A DNA stretch of 64,000 nt from the human T2T-CHM13v2.0 reference genome, Homo sapiens. Positions 1 through 15,780 of the stretch are shown piece after piece. The notes below the pieces were generated by a model. The model saw only the letters and a list, made by a program, of their open reading frames with translations, had not been told where the DNA came from and did not search any database. How positions within the stretch are numbered: position 1 is the first letter of the stretch; each line of letters opens with the position of its first letter. A program made the translations under genes and the position numbers. The stretch is taken from the NCBI RefSeq assembly GCF_009914755.1, contig NC_060933.1. One strand, given 5' to 3'.

Positions 1-300
1 CTACTTAGTCCTCTCTTAGCATTAATTGTGCCAATATTACTTCTTTCCAAAGCGGTTCAGGTATCTAAATAAGATTCTGAACTCTAACACTTCAAACATT
101 GTAAAGTGATACATGTGAGTTAACTATTTATAGACTGTTTCTAGGAACTGCCAGGCCTAATTCCAGTCAATGTTTTCATGATCTGCCAAATTCAGAGCAG
201 CTTATAAATATGAAGAAGGGACAGAATCTTGTCTAGAGTATAAAGTTAAGCTATTGGAGTCAGGTACATCATGTCCTTCTCAGTACCTTTGAAAGTTTTT

Positions 301-607
301 GGCTGGGCACAATGGCTCATGCCTGTAATCCCAACACTTTGGGAGGCCAACGTGGGAGGATAGCTTGATTGAGCCCAGCAGTTTGATCCCAGCCTGGGCA
401 ACATAACAAGACCCTGTCTCTACCAAAAAATAAAAAAAATTTATCTTGGCATGGTGGCATGCACCTGTGGTCCTGGCTATTTGGGAGGCTGAGTTGGGAG
501 GATCCCTTGAGCCCAGAAGTTAGAAGCTGCAGTGAGCTATGATTGCATCACTGTACTCTAGTCTGGGTAACGAAGTGAGACCCTGTCTTGAAAAAAAAAA
601 AAAAAAA
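301..607 (+). mobile_element. Alu, AluJ-like
   Basis: Starts ggctgggcacaatggctcatgcctgtaatccc, dimeric, A17 tail, short TSD aaagtt. Confidence 0.92.
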
Positions 608-1092
608 GTTGTAATGCCCTTGTGCTACTGGTATGTAAAATGTAATACTGTGTGAAGAATCATTTCCACACTTGATTTCATGTATCACCTGTGTATATAT
701 AATAATAAACTATAAATTATATATTATTTTTGATAAGTAGAATTTCTTTTTATTTCTGTTTACTAATTAAAAAAAAACTCCTCTTTATTTTTGATGTGTT
801 GAATATCCTGTTTATAAAGTTGTAGTTGACCAAAACAAATACACAAAATCATCAGTGACAAAGTAGTATTAAATTTTATCAATAGGAAGAAAGATGTTTA
901 CTTTATTTTGCTTGATTCTCAAATTTTAATTTTAGCAACATCCCCTCTCCCAAATAAATTTAGTACCGGAGACATGATGCGTCAAAGACGTTGTCCCAAA
1001 AGAGAATTAACTGCATCATCTTATGCCTCTTTACAGACAGGAGGGGACAAAAGAAGAAAGTTACTTTTCTAACATGCTTTCGATACTTAGAT

Positions 1093-1491
1093 TGTTAAAA
1101 GAAAAACCTTAGGCAAATTAAATTTAACAGAGTTCGACTGAGCAAAGAATGATTCGCAAATCAGGCAGCCCCCGAACCAAAATACGTTGAAAGAGCTTTG
1201 GCCTGCCTTGTGGTTGAGGAAGATTTATGAACAGAAAAGGGAAAGTGAAGTACAGAAAACAGAAATGAGGTACCGAGACAGCTGGATTGGTTACAACTCA
1301 GCATCTGCCTTATTTGGACATGGTTTGAACAGTTGGCAGCGCTTATTGGCTGAACCCTGGTGATTGGCCCAAGAGTTGGTTACAGTCTGTTTGCACATCT
1401 AGTTAGGTTACAGTTCACTACCTGCTAAGAAACCTTTAGGCTGAACCTAAATTATATAAGGAGGCAGTTTTAGGCTAAGCTCAATTTAACA
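1093..1491 (-). mobile_element. ERV1 solo LTR, MER57-like
   Basis: tgttaaa...tttaaca termini. Reverse complement begins tgttaaattgagcttagcctaaaactgcctcc as in the MER57 consensus. Flanks agat/aggt resemble a 4-bp TSD. Confidence 0.82.
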
Positions 1492-2499
1492 AGGTGAAAT
1501 AAGATATAAGGAAACGTAAGAAAAATGAAGGACTTACCACTCAGTTTTCTAAATTTAACTTTTCAGAAAGCCTAATGGTCTTGGTATTGAAGATGCATAC
1601 CTATCTAAACTGGTGGTTCTTGACTTATGAGCCATGATGTGCTTTTAGGTGAGCCACCAAAATTTGATGAATGTGGACAATTAGCGTTTGCTGCAGTGGT
1701 CACTACAGTGGCTTTCCAGAGGAAACATTTTGATTGGATTGAGTGGTAGTGTGTTGTGGAGCAGGGTACGACTTGTGGCACATAAGACATGGGAAGCCTT
1801 ATAGACTGGTTAACAAAACGAGGTCAGTGTTTCAGGCCACATCTGCTCTGCTTTCTGAACTCTCGCACTCTCCTCTGGCTAGTTCCTGCCTGCTTGGTCC
1901 TGAGTCTCTTTGTGGCCCTCTAGATTGGCAGCTTGGCTAAACTGACTGCTTGGCTTTTGATTTTGTTTTTGGCTCTTAGAAGTGGACCCACCCACTCCAA
2001 TGTGATTGAGAAAATTAACATCGAAATGGCCACATCCAGGGGTTTCTATGGAACTTGACCATTTCAGGGTTTATTTCAGGATTACAAAAGTAATATGTAT
2101 TTATTGGGAAAAGTATAAACGAACAAAAGGAAATTTAAACAATCTATATTCTCTCACGAGAGAGAGTTTTGATATATAAGGACTTAGTTTTCTGTTAATC
2201 TTTTTTATATGTATATTTTAACAGGATCATACTAATGTAAGCCTGATTTCTTTTAACTTTACTACATATAATAAATATATTTTCCATCATTTTAAATGGT
2301 TGCTGTGTGTTCCATTAAATGAATGTACCATACCATATTTTACTTAACCAGTATAGTTTTTCTGGTAATTTTTTTGGAAAATTTCTCTTTAATTTCCCAT
2401 TACCATTCCACCTAAAGAAAAAAAGTATATTTTTATGGGCAGCTATCTATGCATGCACTTACCATACATGTTCCTCACTATATATTTGTAGCTTTGAAT

Positions 2500-2682
2500 C
2501 CCTGGTTCTCAGGCCTTAAGAGTTGGACTGAGCCATACTACTGGCTTTTCTGGTTCTCCAGTTTGAAGAGAGGCCTTCCCAGCCTCCGTAACACATGAGC
2601 CAATTCCCCTAATAAATACCCTCTCATTTATCTGTATGTGTATATCTCCTATTGGTTCTGTTTCTCTGGAGAACCCTAATAT
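2500..2682 (+). mobile_element. MLT2 (ERVL) LTR 3' fragment
   Basis: Ends ...gagccaattcccctaataaat...ctattggttctgtttctctggagaaccctaa, the typical MLT2 3' end. Confidence 0.75.
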
Positions 2683-3300
2683 AACCACTAATAGGAAAAT
2701 TAGGACAATGAGATGGGGGTTAGTTCTGGAGAGAACCCAGTGGAGGTGTCCGCAGTGAGGTGAGGTGAGGTTGATAGTTAACGCTGGTGCCTGAGACACA
2801 TGTATGATTTTCATCACAGTAGCGAAGGATTCACTCTCTCTACGTTGCTATATCCACTTGTAAGTACAGTTTGTAAACTCTACTTTGGAGGAATCTGAAG
2901 GTGGTGAGGAAGTGAAAGACCTGCCCAAAGTGACATACCCAGAAAGTGGCAGGATTGATACCCAGGAAGTGTGGCTTTTTGGGCTTCCTGTCTTTAAGTT
3001 AACCTCAGATCTGTTCTTTGCCTGCCAAGAGAAGGTAAATATGATTATGAAAATCTTCTGTTTAGTAAGCTTTACTGGTCTCTACTTTTAGACAAAATGT
3101 CAGTTGTCTGTATATGCAGTACCAATATATTGCACATACAGAAAACTTGCATATACTGACATGTAGTTAATGTCTCAATACTCAAGAGAAAATATTTTCT
3201 CCATGCAATGGTGAACATTCATTTACTGTTGGAAATAGTCACTGCATGTTTGCACTCTAAACCTTTCGTGATTGAGTGTGGCAATGAGTGTGCAGTAAAA

Positions 3301-3438
3301 TTTTTTTTTCTTATTTTTTTATTTTATTTTATCATTATTATACTTTAAGTTTTAGGGTACATGTGCACAGTGTGCAGGTTAGTTACATATGTATTCCTGT
3401 GCCATGCTGGTGTGCTGCACCTATTAAAATCATGCTGC
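3301..3438 (-). mobile_element. Severely 5'-truncated young L1PA 3' end (~125 bp) with possible micro-inversion
   Basis: polyT + tatactttaagttttagggtacatgtgcac...ctgcacctattaa. TSD tgcagtaaa at 3291-3299 and 3436-3444. Confidence 0.88.
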
Positions 3439-4589
3439 AGTAAATTTTTTTTTTAAAAAGAATTCCTCTATTTACCAAATAGCTCATCGGAGTTTACATA
3501 CCTCTGGATCACTTCCCTTCAGCATCTGATAAGGCTTATGCATACATTGTCACTTATTTTCTTCATAAATTAGCCATTTTCTTCTGTCAGTAATTTATGT
3601 CCATATCTGACTATAACAACTAGGATTCCAGTAGGATGTGGCAGATCCAGGTGAGAGATGCATATCCAGGGCACCCTAAATGGAATTAGCTGGTTCTTTG
3701 TGTCAGCTCATTATCTCAGCTTCACTGCTGATCCTTTCTCTCACAGATGCCTTGAATCTAAATCACAGTGCCTGCTTAGTAATTTTACTTAAATTGTAAA
3801 AGATGACTAGCACTATACAGTCAAAGCACATTTAAAACACACTCACAGTTTGTTTTCTGTGACAGAAAACAAAACAGAAAAATGTTTTCCAGATGCCAGT
3901 GCAAGCTTATTGCATTGGTGTAGATAAATGGTCTTTGTGGATTTTATTTGCTTCATATTTGTACAAAGCTTTCATAATGTACTGTCACATTCTCACCTTA
4001 AGTATTTTTTATGTTTTTTATATTAGTGTTCATGGAGCCTTCTAAAATTTCTTCTATGTTCACTATTTTTACCAAACTTCAATATATTATATTTTCAGTT
4101 AAAAAATTAGAATGAATAAGTTCTCTGGTTGTTTTATGTAATTAATATCACATTATTTTTGCCTTCAGTATCATGTACATGGTACATGTTTATGAGCTGT
4201 TATTAATAATTTAGCAACTTCTTTCTAAACAAATGATTTTATACATCTTTCATATATGAACCTAAATACAGAGCAGTTCACTGCCAGGTGTGGTTGAGAA
4301 ATGTATCTCAATAATTTGTTGAGATGAAATCTGTTAACTTCTCCTAAACTTTCAAACTGTGTAACAGGAGGGATTGCCTCTATTTAACCTTTAATGGAAA
4401 GGTCGGTTTCAGATAAAGTCTTTTGACAAACAACATCTTTTCTTCATGACTCTGTCTCAGAATTTCCTTGCTACCACTTTGATCTTCTTCGTCTATTTGC
4501 CTGAGGATTTCTGCTACCTATGAAGACTTGCCTCCATTGATTTTTGTGTTTTTTTTCTCTCTCCCAGAGTGAAAAGGTACATGCCTTTC

Positions 4590-7010
4590 CTGATTTGCAC
4601 TTTGAATGTGTCATCCTAGTGTCATCTGGCCTCCATTGTTACAGATAAGAAGTCATCTGTTCATCTTATTGTGATGCCATCATTACATAATGAAATTCAT
4701 AATTTTTCTCTTATTGATTTCAAGAGTTTATCTTTCAACGTTTTGAAGTGTCTGGTGTGGTTCTCTTTGAGTTTTTTGTACTTGTAATTCATTGAGCTTC
4801 TTTGAAGTATAGATTAGCATTTTTCATCAGTTTGGAAAATTTTTAGCTATGATTTCTTTGAATATTCTTTGTACTTCTTTCTGTCTCTCATCTCCGTCTT
4901 GTATTTTGATTGTGTGTTGGTTTGCTAACTGCTATCCCCCATTTCTGAAGCCCTGTTTACTTTTTCTTCTTTATTTCCTCTCTGTTCTTTGGATCATCTC
5001 ATCTGCCTTCATGTATCATCAGGTTTGTTGATTCATTCTTTTGCCCATGCAAATGAAGTGCTTAGCCCTTCTTGTGAATTTTTCATGCAAATTTTTGTAC
5101 TCTTCAAGAGTCCCATTTGACTCTTTTAGAAAATAATTTGTGTTTGTATTTATATCCTCTATTTGATAAGACATTGTCATCATGCCTTACTTTACTTCCG
5201 TAGGCATGGTTTTCCCTTAGTTCTTTGGACATATTTAAAATGACTACTGCCGAGCCATATCTGCTAATTCCAACATCTGGGCCCTGAAAAGGAAGTGTCT
5301 GTTGCCTGTTTTGCACATCCCCCCTCCCCCCGTGTATGTGTCACATTTTCCTGGGGGTGTGTGTGTGGATGTGTGTGTGCATGCACATGCATGTGTGTGT
5401 ATGTGTTTGAATGTCTCATAATTCCTTGTTGAAACGTGTACATTTTAGATACTATGGTAACTCTGGATATTGATCCTCTCCCTCTTCTAGGGAAAGTTTC
5501 TTGAAGTTGTTGTTTGCTCATTTGTTTATTTGTTTAGTGACTTGGCTTTACTAATTATTTGAAGAATATTTTTCTCACTCTGTGTGGCCCCTGATGTCCC
5601 TGCTCAAATTTGTTTCTTTGTGTTTATCTGTTAGTGTGGGTTCGTAGGAGTCACCCCTGGGTCTGCCTAAATCATTTATTGATCAATATTTGTGCTTAAG
5701 CTGGCTTAGCCAGTTGGATGTATGCGTGGCTTTCACGGTTCAGGGAATTTATACTTTTGTCCTGAGTTCCACAAGGCTCTAGTAGATAAGTGGTTCTTTC
5801 TCCATTCTCTCCTGAGAGGGTGAAGCATGGACATCCATACAGTCTTCCAGACCATGATAGGTGAATGAGATTTTATTTTATTTTAACTCCCTTCCTAGGA
5901 GTCACCCCTGGGATAGAGTAGCTTAATGTTCAGCAAGTATTTGGTCTAAGGTTGTGCTTAAGCCCCTCAAGTTAGTAAGGCTTTTGCATTTTGCTGATGG
6001 ATCTGTGTACGACTTGGGAAATTTTTTCAAGTCTGTTCCACATTCCACTCGATTTACTCCTGAGTAGAAATAAAAGAGGTGTGCATTCCAGGGCATGTGC
6101 TTAGCCTTCTGTGCCTCTAGGGGTGAGTGTGATTCCAAGAGCACTCTTCTTTGGTGTCTCTCAGTTTCCTTGGTCCACCGTTTCACTTATTGTTACTGTT
6201 ATCATGAAGCTACCAGGCCCTGCATAACTGTGTGCCACCAAAATCTCCATTGTTTTTGACAATGCTCTTAGGCGTGAACTTCTCCCCTCTTTGTTCCAAA
6301 TAAAGTCAGTCTCCTCAGTCAGCAAGGCAGAAGGGGAGCTCCCTCTGTCCTCAGGGCATGCCATTTCTCCTGCACAGAATCTCTGTGGCACTGAGTCAGA
6401 GTTGTGGTGATGGTGGCTCTGGTCTTTGTAGCCTGCCTCTCTTCGTGTGGAATGTCTACCCTGTGAGTGAGCTGGGGTTGGGGTTTTAAGGGCCCCAGTA
6501 TTCTCAGACTTTGCTCTTGGCACACAGCCTTGCTGCACAAATGGGAACTGAATGGGGAAAGGAGACAGAGTCCTCTTAGCAGCACCTGCCAAGAATTGTG
6601 CTTCCACAACACATGGCTGGGGGTTGAATAGGCAGCGAGAGGCACTGGCAGCCTGCCCCTTTCAGGTGAAACTCTAGCCCTAGACTAGGAGCTGGGGAGA
6701 GTGGGAACCCCCGTGTTCTTGGCCATATCTTCCCATAGCAAAGTTTCCATCACAGAGCTGGCAGTAGGGGTGTAGGGAGGGTATGGGAGCAAGTCATTGC
6801 TCCAGTGCCACAGATTCTTGCCATTCTTACCAAGATTTAGTATATTTTCTTGAAGAGATGTTTCTTCACTTGCTGTATGCCCTTAGGAAAATTTCCAGAA
6901 ACTTTAAATGTTTCTTTAGTTTGTTTTAAGTAATTTTCACCAGTTAAATAAATGGTGGTTGCACCAAGAGAGGATCTGCTAATCTCACACTGCTATTCCA
7001 GAAGACTCCC
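4590..7010 (-). mobile_element. Old L1M element (ORF1/5' region), degenerate
   Basis: T-rich antisense L1 motifs (ctggcctccattgttacagataagaagtca; tttggaaaattttagctatgatttctttgaatatt). ORF 5104..5316 is weakly ORF1-like. Boundaries approximate. Confidence 0.6.
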
Positions 7011-7529
7011 CTTCTTGGCGTGGTTTTTTAAGGCTTTTCTCCAGCAGAGTGACATTTAGCTTATCTGATGGGCTAATCCTTCATTGTCATTGAATGTGTT
7101 CATCAGGCTGCGACCTCTTATATCTTTGTGTTCCCTGTCTCCAGTAATATGAATGCTACTTCATAGTAAGTACTCAATAAACGTCTGAATGAATGAATAG
7201 ATACTACATTTTTAAAGTGATGTGTTGATTTTTATTCACAAGGAGTGATGCAAACAGTGTGGACTTTGGGCACTGTAGGGCTTTGCTGGCTGTGGAAGTA
7301 GGTTTTGACTCTGCTGACCCAGCATAATCATAGTGAGCTCGAATGTTTAAAAATAGAAGGGGTATGAAGAACTACTACACAACACACGAATAAGAAGAGA
7401 CAACCCAATAGCAGAACAAACAACAGTAGCAGCAACAACAAAAAATAGATGTGTGATATGCCTAGGCAGGCTATAAAATAGGAAGCAGAGAGGATCAATT
7501 AGCATTAAAGATATTCCACCTGTCAGGAA

Positions 7530-8080
7530 TATGACATTTAAAACAATGATGTATCATAAACTTATAATCATCAGATTTGCAAAAATTAAAAAGTCTGACA
7601 AAGTATTGGGGAAGATGTGGAGAAACAGAAATTTTGGTAAACTGCAGATAGGACTATAAGTTGGTATAACTCCTTCGGGGAGGAATGCAGCAGTAACAAA
7701 ATAGGTTGAATATTATATAGTCACACACTAGACACAGTAATTATACTACAAGGCATAGATTCCAGGGAAAACTGTCACTCATGAGCAGCAGGAGACATTA
7801 ATAGAGAGATGCTTGTTGCTGCACTTTTTGTAATAGTGAAAATCATAAAACAACCCAAATATGTATCAGTGGGGAAATGGAGAAGTAAATGTTAATATAG
7901 ACTTACAGTGGAACACGATGCAGCAGTTAAGATGAATAGTCTGCCTCTACAGAGAGCAACATATATAAGTTTGATGGGTAACAAGTTACAGAAGGTTGTA
8001 TAAGGTTGTATGCGGTATGGTATTTTATACTGTTTATGTAAGTTAAAATACAGCAAATAAGTTTTTGTTGTTTATGGATA
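7530..8080 (+). mobile_element. L1ME-like 3' fragment
   Basis: Degenerate ORF2-end/3'UTR motifs (aaaaattaaaaagtctgaca, ttgtaatagtgaaaa, caacccaaatatgtatcagt). Confidence 0.6.
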
Positions 8081-8088
8081 CCATAGCA

Positions 8089-8263
8089 CAGGTGTCAACT
8101 ATGTAAAGTGTGTAGGCTGTTTTTGAACAGCTCACAAGCTAAGAATGACGTTTACATTTTAAAAGTGTAAAAACAACCAAAACATGTTACATAGACTCCA
8201 CCTGACCCTCAAGTTTTAAAATATTTCTATTTGCTCCTTTACTAAAAAAGTTTTCTGGTTTCT
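8089..8263. mobile_element. MER58-like hAT-Charlie fossil
   Basis: caggtgtcaactat...aagctaagaatgacgtttacattttaaa...cctttactaaaaaagttttctggtttctg. Confidence 0.55.
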
Positions 8264-8269
8264 GCAGTA

Positions 8270-8740
8270 CAGATGATCTGTGTGCCCAGGGCCATGCCCT
8301 CCATGCCCTCCAGCCCAAGCTTGGTAGACAGCTCCCTGAAGGCCACCTCTGACTTTCCTGCCCCAGGAGTTATTCCTGTGCCTTGGAACTTCAGTTCTTC
8401 CTGGGGGCAGCCTGAAACATCAGGGATTAACACACTGGAGGCAACCACAGCCACTGGGAATGTGAATCAGTGGATGACGATTTCCATATCTTCCTCTTCA
8501 ACCAAGGAGCAGTGCTGAGGCATGTTCTTCATGGTCCCTCACAGGGACCCAGCAGAATTGAGCCATTTTGCCTAACTTGGTGACCGGCTCCAGAACATGC
8601 CCTTTACTGACCTTCCCTTTCCCTGCCCCACCCCTCTCTTCTGGCTCCTTCCCTCTGTTTGCTGGAACCATCACCCAGATAATCTGCTGTCCCTTCATCC
8701 TCATTCTAGGCTCTGCTTTGGAGGACTCCAGACTGAGACA
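8270..8740 (+). mobile_element. LTR16-like (ERVL) solo LTR
   Basis: GC-richer block ending ctaggctctgctttggaggactccagactgagaca, like LTR16 3' ends. Confidence 0.55.
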
Positions 8741-9240
8741 GACATGTGGGCAGTAAAAGAATAAAACTGCCATTGGGAAGGAGACTGGTTATCTCAGGGA
8801 AGACAGGAAGCATAAAAGGGGTTTTCATTGTATTTGTTACATGTTATTTCTTTATTTGAAAATATCTGCAATAAATATGGCAAAATGTTTGCTTTTTAAA
8901 AGCTGGGTATTTACATTTTTGAGTTTGAAATAATGTAACAGATTTCTATGTGAATCTAGTCTTCCTCTTTGACTTTTCATTCTTTAGGAACCTGACTCTT
9001 GTGGTGCTTAAAATCTGGTTTCTACCTTGGCACATTCATCATATCCTGAGGAAAATTGATTTACTATGAGAATAAAGGAAGGGTGTATGTATTTAACTAA
9101 TAGAAAAGATGAAGTACCACAGCAATTAAATCAAAAGTGGCTTTCCCTCCATTATTTTGTGCTTCATAATATAACTTACTCTTCCAGCAGAATGGTGGTG
9201 GTATCTAAAACCTTCTACTTACAGATACTCTTCTGAATTT

Positions 9241-11509
<2,269 letters not shown>

Positions 11510-12026
11510 AGATACTCTCCTAAATTTTAAATAACAGGTCAAACATGATCTAAGTTGCTCTAAATATGACGTGAATTGATGGTAATTCAACAAAGTGGCA
11601 AAATTTTCAGGAAACTATAATTCTTTGGGAAATTTCACTTAGACTTCAGAAAATTAAATCTCACTGAAGATTTCAATATGCTGTGTAAGGAGAGGAACCA
11701 AAACAAAAGGACAAAAACAGTTTTTTAAATAAGTGCACACTTAGGCTTACTTAGAGAACGGGATGTTTTTATTAGCAGATTTGGGACTTGAGGCATGCAA
11801 AACTTTCAGAGAGAGCCATATGTTCTTATGCATGCCAGCCTTGCGACAGTCACGATTCTGTGGTTCTGCAGATGAAAGCAAAACGTTGTATAGTCCTTGT
11901 GGCAGGAATGATACCTTTTCCTAAAGCAGCGTCCTTTGGTTATGCCAAGCTGTTATTTGGCTGAGTGGCTTTGCACTAAATATATCTAGAGCGATGTTTT
12001 AAAATTATAAATCTTATGTTTCTCCC

Positions 12027-12222
12027 TGCTATGGACTGAATGTTTGTGTTCCCCCAAATATACGTTGAAGCCCTAACCCCTAATGTGATGGTATTTGGAG
12101 ATGGGGCCCTTGGGAGGTGTTTAAGGTTATATGAGTTCGTGAGGGTAGGACCCTGCTGATGGAATTTGTGCCCTTATAAGAAGAGGAAGAGGAAAAGGGA
12201 GGGAGGTGGGGGGAGGTAGGGA

Positions 12223-12253
<31 letters not shown>

Positions 12254-12501
12254 CAGACAGAGAGAGAGAGAGAGCATCTTTCTCTCTCCACACAACCACA
12301 GAGGAAGGTTTATGTGAGGACACAGTGAGAAGGCGAAGGCAGCGTCATGCAAGCCAGGAATTGAGCGTTCACCAAAAACCAACCATGTTGGCACTCTTAT
12401 CTTGGGCTTCTAGTTCTAGAACCACAAGAAGGTAAAATTCTGTTGTTTAAGCTTACCCGGTCTCTGGTATTTTGTTATGACAGCCCAAGCTGACTGATAG
12501 A
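12027..12501 (+). mobile_element. MLT1A-like MaLR solo LTR with internal (GA)n
   Basis: Starts tgctatggactgaatgtttgtgttcccccaaat, ends tgttatgacagcccaagctgactgataga. 5-bp TSD ctccc at 12022-12026 and 12502-12506. Confidence 0.88.
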
Positions 12502-14052
12502 CTCCCTCATCGCTGTTAGGATGGAAGCCTTAGTTTAGTCCAAAGGGGCTTGCAGGTTCTGGCTTTTGCCAGTGTCTTCAGCTTCATCTCAAGTGCTCTC
12601 TCCCTCCCTCTCTGATTTGCATCGGTGCTGGTCTCTTGGAGGAGCTATGCTTTCCCTATTTACCCCCTGGGCTTTTGGACATCCTCCTCACAGTATCCTC
12701 AGTGCCGGACATACAAAAGACATTCAGTGACTATTTTTAAATGAACAAGTGGTAGAAATTAGAAGGTAGTCAGGTTCTGACCTGTGATGGCAGAGGAGGA
12801 GATACTGTGATAGGGAAACAAGCATATAAAAAAGGCAACACATTTGACTGTTGTGTCTGATCATGACTGTTTTAAATGACATGAGTGTTGAGTAGGCCAA
12901 CTCACTTTCACTCTTTTTTTGGACTTCATCATATTCTCAATAACAATCATAACAGCACATTAATATTACCCTTTAAAAAATAACCTGTTTAAGGTAGTAC
13001 TGTTGGAGATGGTGACCGGAGTTGTTGCTAATTACTCTTTTTTCTGTAACTGCCTTTTGCCCTCAAGGTTTGCCACTGGAAGAGGCATATCTGGTGGGAA
13101 AGAGGAAAAGACAAATGCATGGTGGTTCAGGGGAATGATATCAAAGAGAATTAATTAGAAATTGGAAGTTAAAGGAAGGATAAGCAGATCAAATTAGTAT
13201 AGAGGTTGGTATACTGTTCCACTGCCTCCTTGTCTGTTAATGTATTCTGGAGCATATATCAGGCCTACATTAGGCACTGGGAAAGAGGGATGAACAAGAT
13301 CAAAATCACTGCCTTGCAGGAACTCAGAAAGTTTGTAGAGGCATTCATATAAACAACGATAGTTTAAAATACTGTCTAACAAGTGCTGAATAGTTAGGCA
13401 CAGGGGCCATGGGAGCACAGAGGGGTTTGGAAGTCTTCATGGGGAATGGTATAATTGGCCTAGTGATAATATGATTCAATAGGCCTATAGGCAAAGGAAG
13501 GAGATTATGGATTTATTATTGAAGGACAGTAAAACCTAATTGATTTTAATCAATTCTTGTTCATTTCCAAGAAAATGTTCACCAACAGCTTTTAGCAATA
13601 TAAACAGTTATGAGAAGCAAATTTTAAAAAATTTAAAAGATTTTTGCACACTGAAGTTGCATATTGATTATAGCCAACCCAAATAGATCCTTTCCTGGGA
13701 ACAGAAGTTTGACTGGGTTTGGAATCAGGGGACCTGGGTTTCAGTCCTCTCTCTGTAACACCTGGCTGTCTGACCATAGCATACCTGGTCACTTCACTCC
13801 CCACGTCCTTGGCAGTTCTTACTGCTGCTGCCTTCCCCACTCTTCAGCACAAGTGTGTACCCGTGGGATGATATCTTCCCATCAAATCATAAGTTTAATT
13901 CTACAGTGATTCTTTTTTGATGGGTGGTCAGACCTCCTCTTTCCTACAACCCTCACCCCATGTCAGAAATATAATCCTTCATTTTGCCAAAACAAAACGA
14001 AGTTAGACTGCATAGGCTAATGAATGTGTTTATTTCCCTCTCACATTCTCTT

Positions 14053-14732
14053 TTTTAAAATTTTTTTTATTTTTTTCATTTTTTTATTATTATACTTTAA
14101 GTTTTAGGGTACATGTGCACAATGTGCAGGTTAGTTACATATGTATACATGTGACATGCTGGTGCGCTGCACCCACTAACTTGTAATCTAGCATTAGGTG
14201 TATCTCCCAATGCTATCCCTCCCCATCTCACACCAGTTAGAATGGCAATCATTAAAGAGTCAGGAAACAACAGGTGCTGGAGAGGATGTGGAGAAATAGG
14301 AACACTTTTACACTGTTGGTGGGACTGTAAACTAGTTCAACCATTGTGGAAGTCAGTGTGGCGATTCCTCAGGGATCTAGAACTAGAAATACCATTTGAC
14401 CCAGCCATCCCATTACAGGGTATATACCCAAAGGACTATAAATCATGCTGCTATAAAGACACATGCACACATGTGTTTATTGCGGCACTATTCACAATAG
14501 CAAAGACTTGGAACTAATCCAAATGTCCAACAATGATAGACTGGATTAAGAAAATGCGGCACATATACACCATGGAATACTATGCAGCTATAAAAAATGA
14601 TGAGTTCATGTCCTTTGTAGGGACATGGATGAAATTGGAAATCATCATTCTCAGTAAACTATCGCAAGAACAAAAAACCAAACACCGCATATTCTCACTC
14701 ATAGGTGGGAATTGAACAATGAGAACACATGG
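14053..14732 (-). mobile_element. L1PA2-like LINE-1, 5'-truncated with 5' inversion (twin priming)
   Basis: Antisense 3' end 14053-~14224, then sense ORF2-end segment ~14223-14732. Perfect 16-bp TSD cctctcacattctctt at 14037-14052 and 14733-14748. Confidence 0.95.
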
Positions 14733-15349
14733 CCTCTCACATTCTCTTACTTAACCTCTGCTTGCCAGCTTAGTGAACCAGTGTACTAAAGAACTCTGGT
14801 AACATGAGTTGATTTGATAAGAAAACTTAATATAGGTCCCTTCTAGAAAATGCACTCTCAGTAGAGAATTGCATTTTGAAATATAAATCTCAAGTTCATC
14901 ACTCCAGTTCATCACTCCATAACAGGTGCCCGCAGGCACATTATTTTGCTTTTCAAGATCATCTGGAATGATGCCATTTAGACTAATTGCCCTCAACCCT
15001 TTAATTTACCTGGATTTTTGGAAAGTATCTTTGTTTCCTCATTCAGCCACATGTTTGTCTGAGGTAGAAGCATTTTGGAAGTTTGCAGTCACCACATGCA
15101 TGAGTTTTCATGTGATGTCACCTTGTTCTTAGGTAACAGGACAAATATTGATGCTCATAGATTGACACTAATCTCTTGCATTGGTGAAGTACTTTACAAT
15201 TGACAAAGCACTTACTCAATTATACTGTATAGTCTTCACATAATTTGGTGTATAACTGTCCTGTGAGGTAGCTTTTAGTTATCCATATATTGGAAAAATT
15301 AAGAGGTAAGACATTTTGCCCACAGTTTTCAACCTAGTAAGTAGCACAC

Positions 15350-15780
15350 AATGTCCATTAACAGTTGAATGAATAAACAAAATATGGATTATCCATACAA
15401 TGAAATATTATTCAGCCATAAAAGGAATGAAGCAGTGATACATGTCACAACATGAGGAACCTTGAAAACATAATGCTATGTGAAACAAGCCAGAGACAAA
15501 ACACCACATAATTATATTATTTCATTTATATAAAATGTCCATAGTAGGTAAATCCATAGAGACAGAAGTATATGTGTGGTTACCAAGGGTGGAATGGAGT
15601 TGGGGGAAGGAGCCTGGGCAGTGAAGGCTGTAAAAAAATTCTTTTTGGTATGATGAAAGCAGTGTAATATTTGAGTATGGTGATGATTACATAACTCTGT
15701 AAATACACTAAAAATCACTGGATTGTGTACTTTAAACGGGTGAACTTTATGGGATATAAATGATATCTTTACAAAGTAAT
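15350..15780 (+). mobile_element. L1MB-like 3' UTR fragment
   Basis: gaataaacaaaatatggattatccatacaatgaaatattattcagccataaaaggaatgaag...ggtaaatccatagagacagaa. Confidence 0.8.

Noticed and set aside
6161-6645. Overlapping 148-aa and 108-aa minus-strand ORFs
   Set aside because: Lie in the GC-richer 5' region of a decayed L1M, with no recognisable protein
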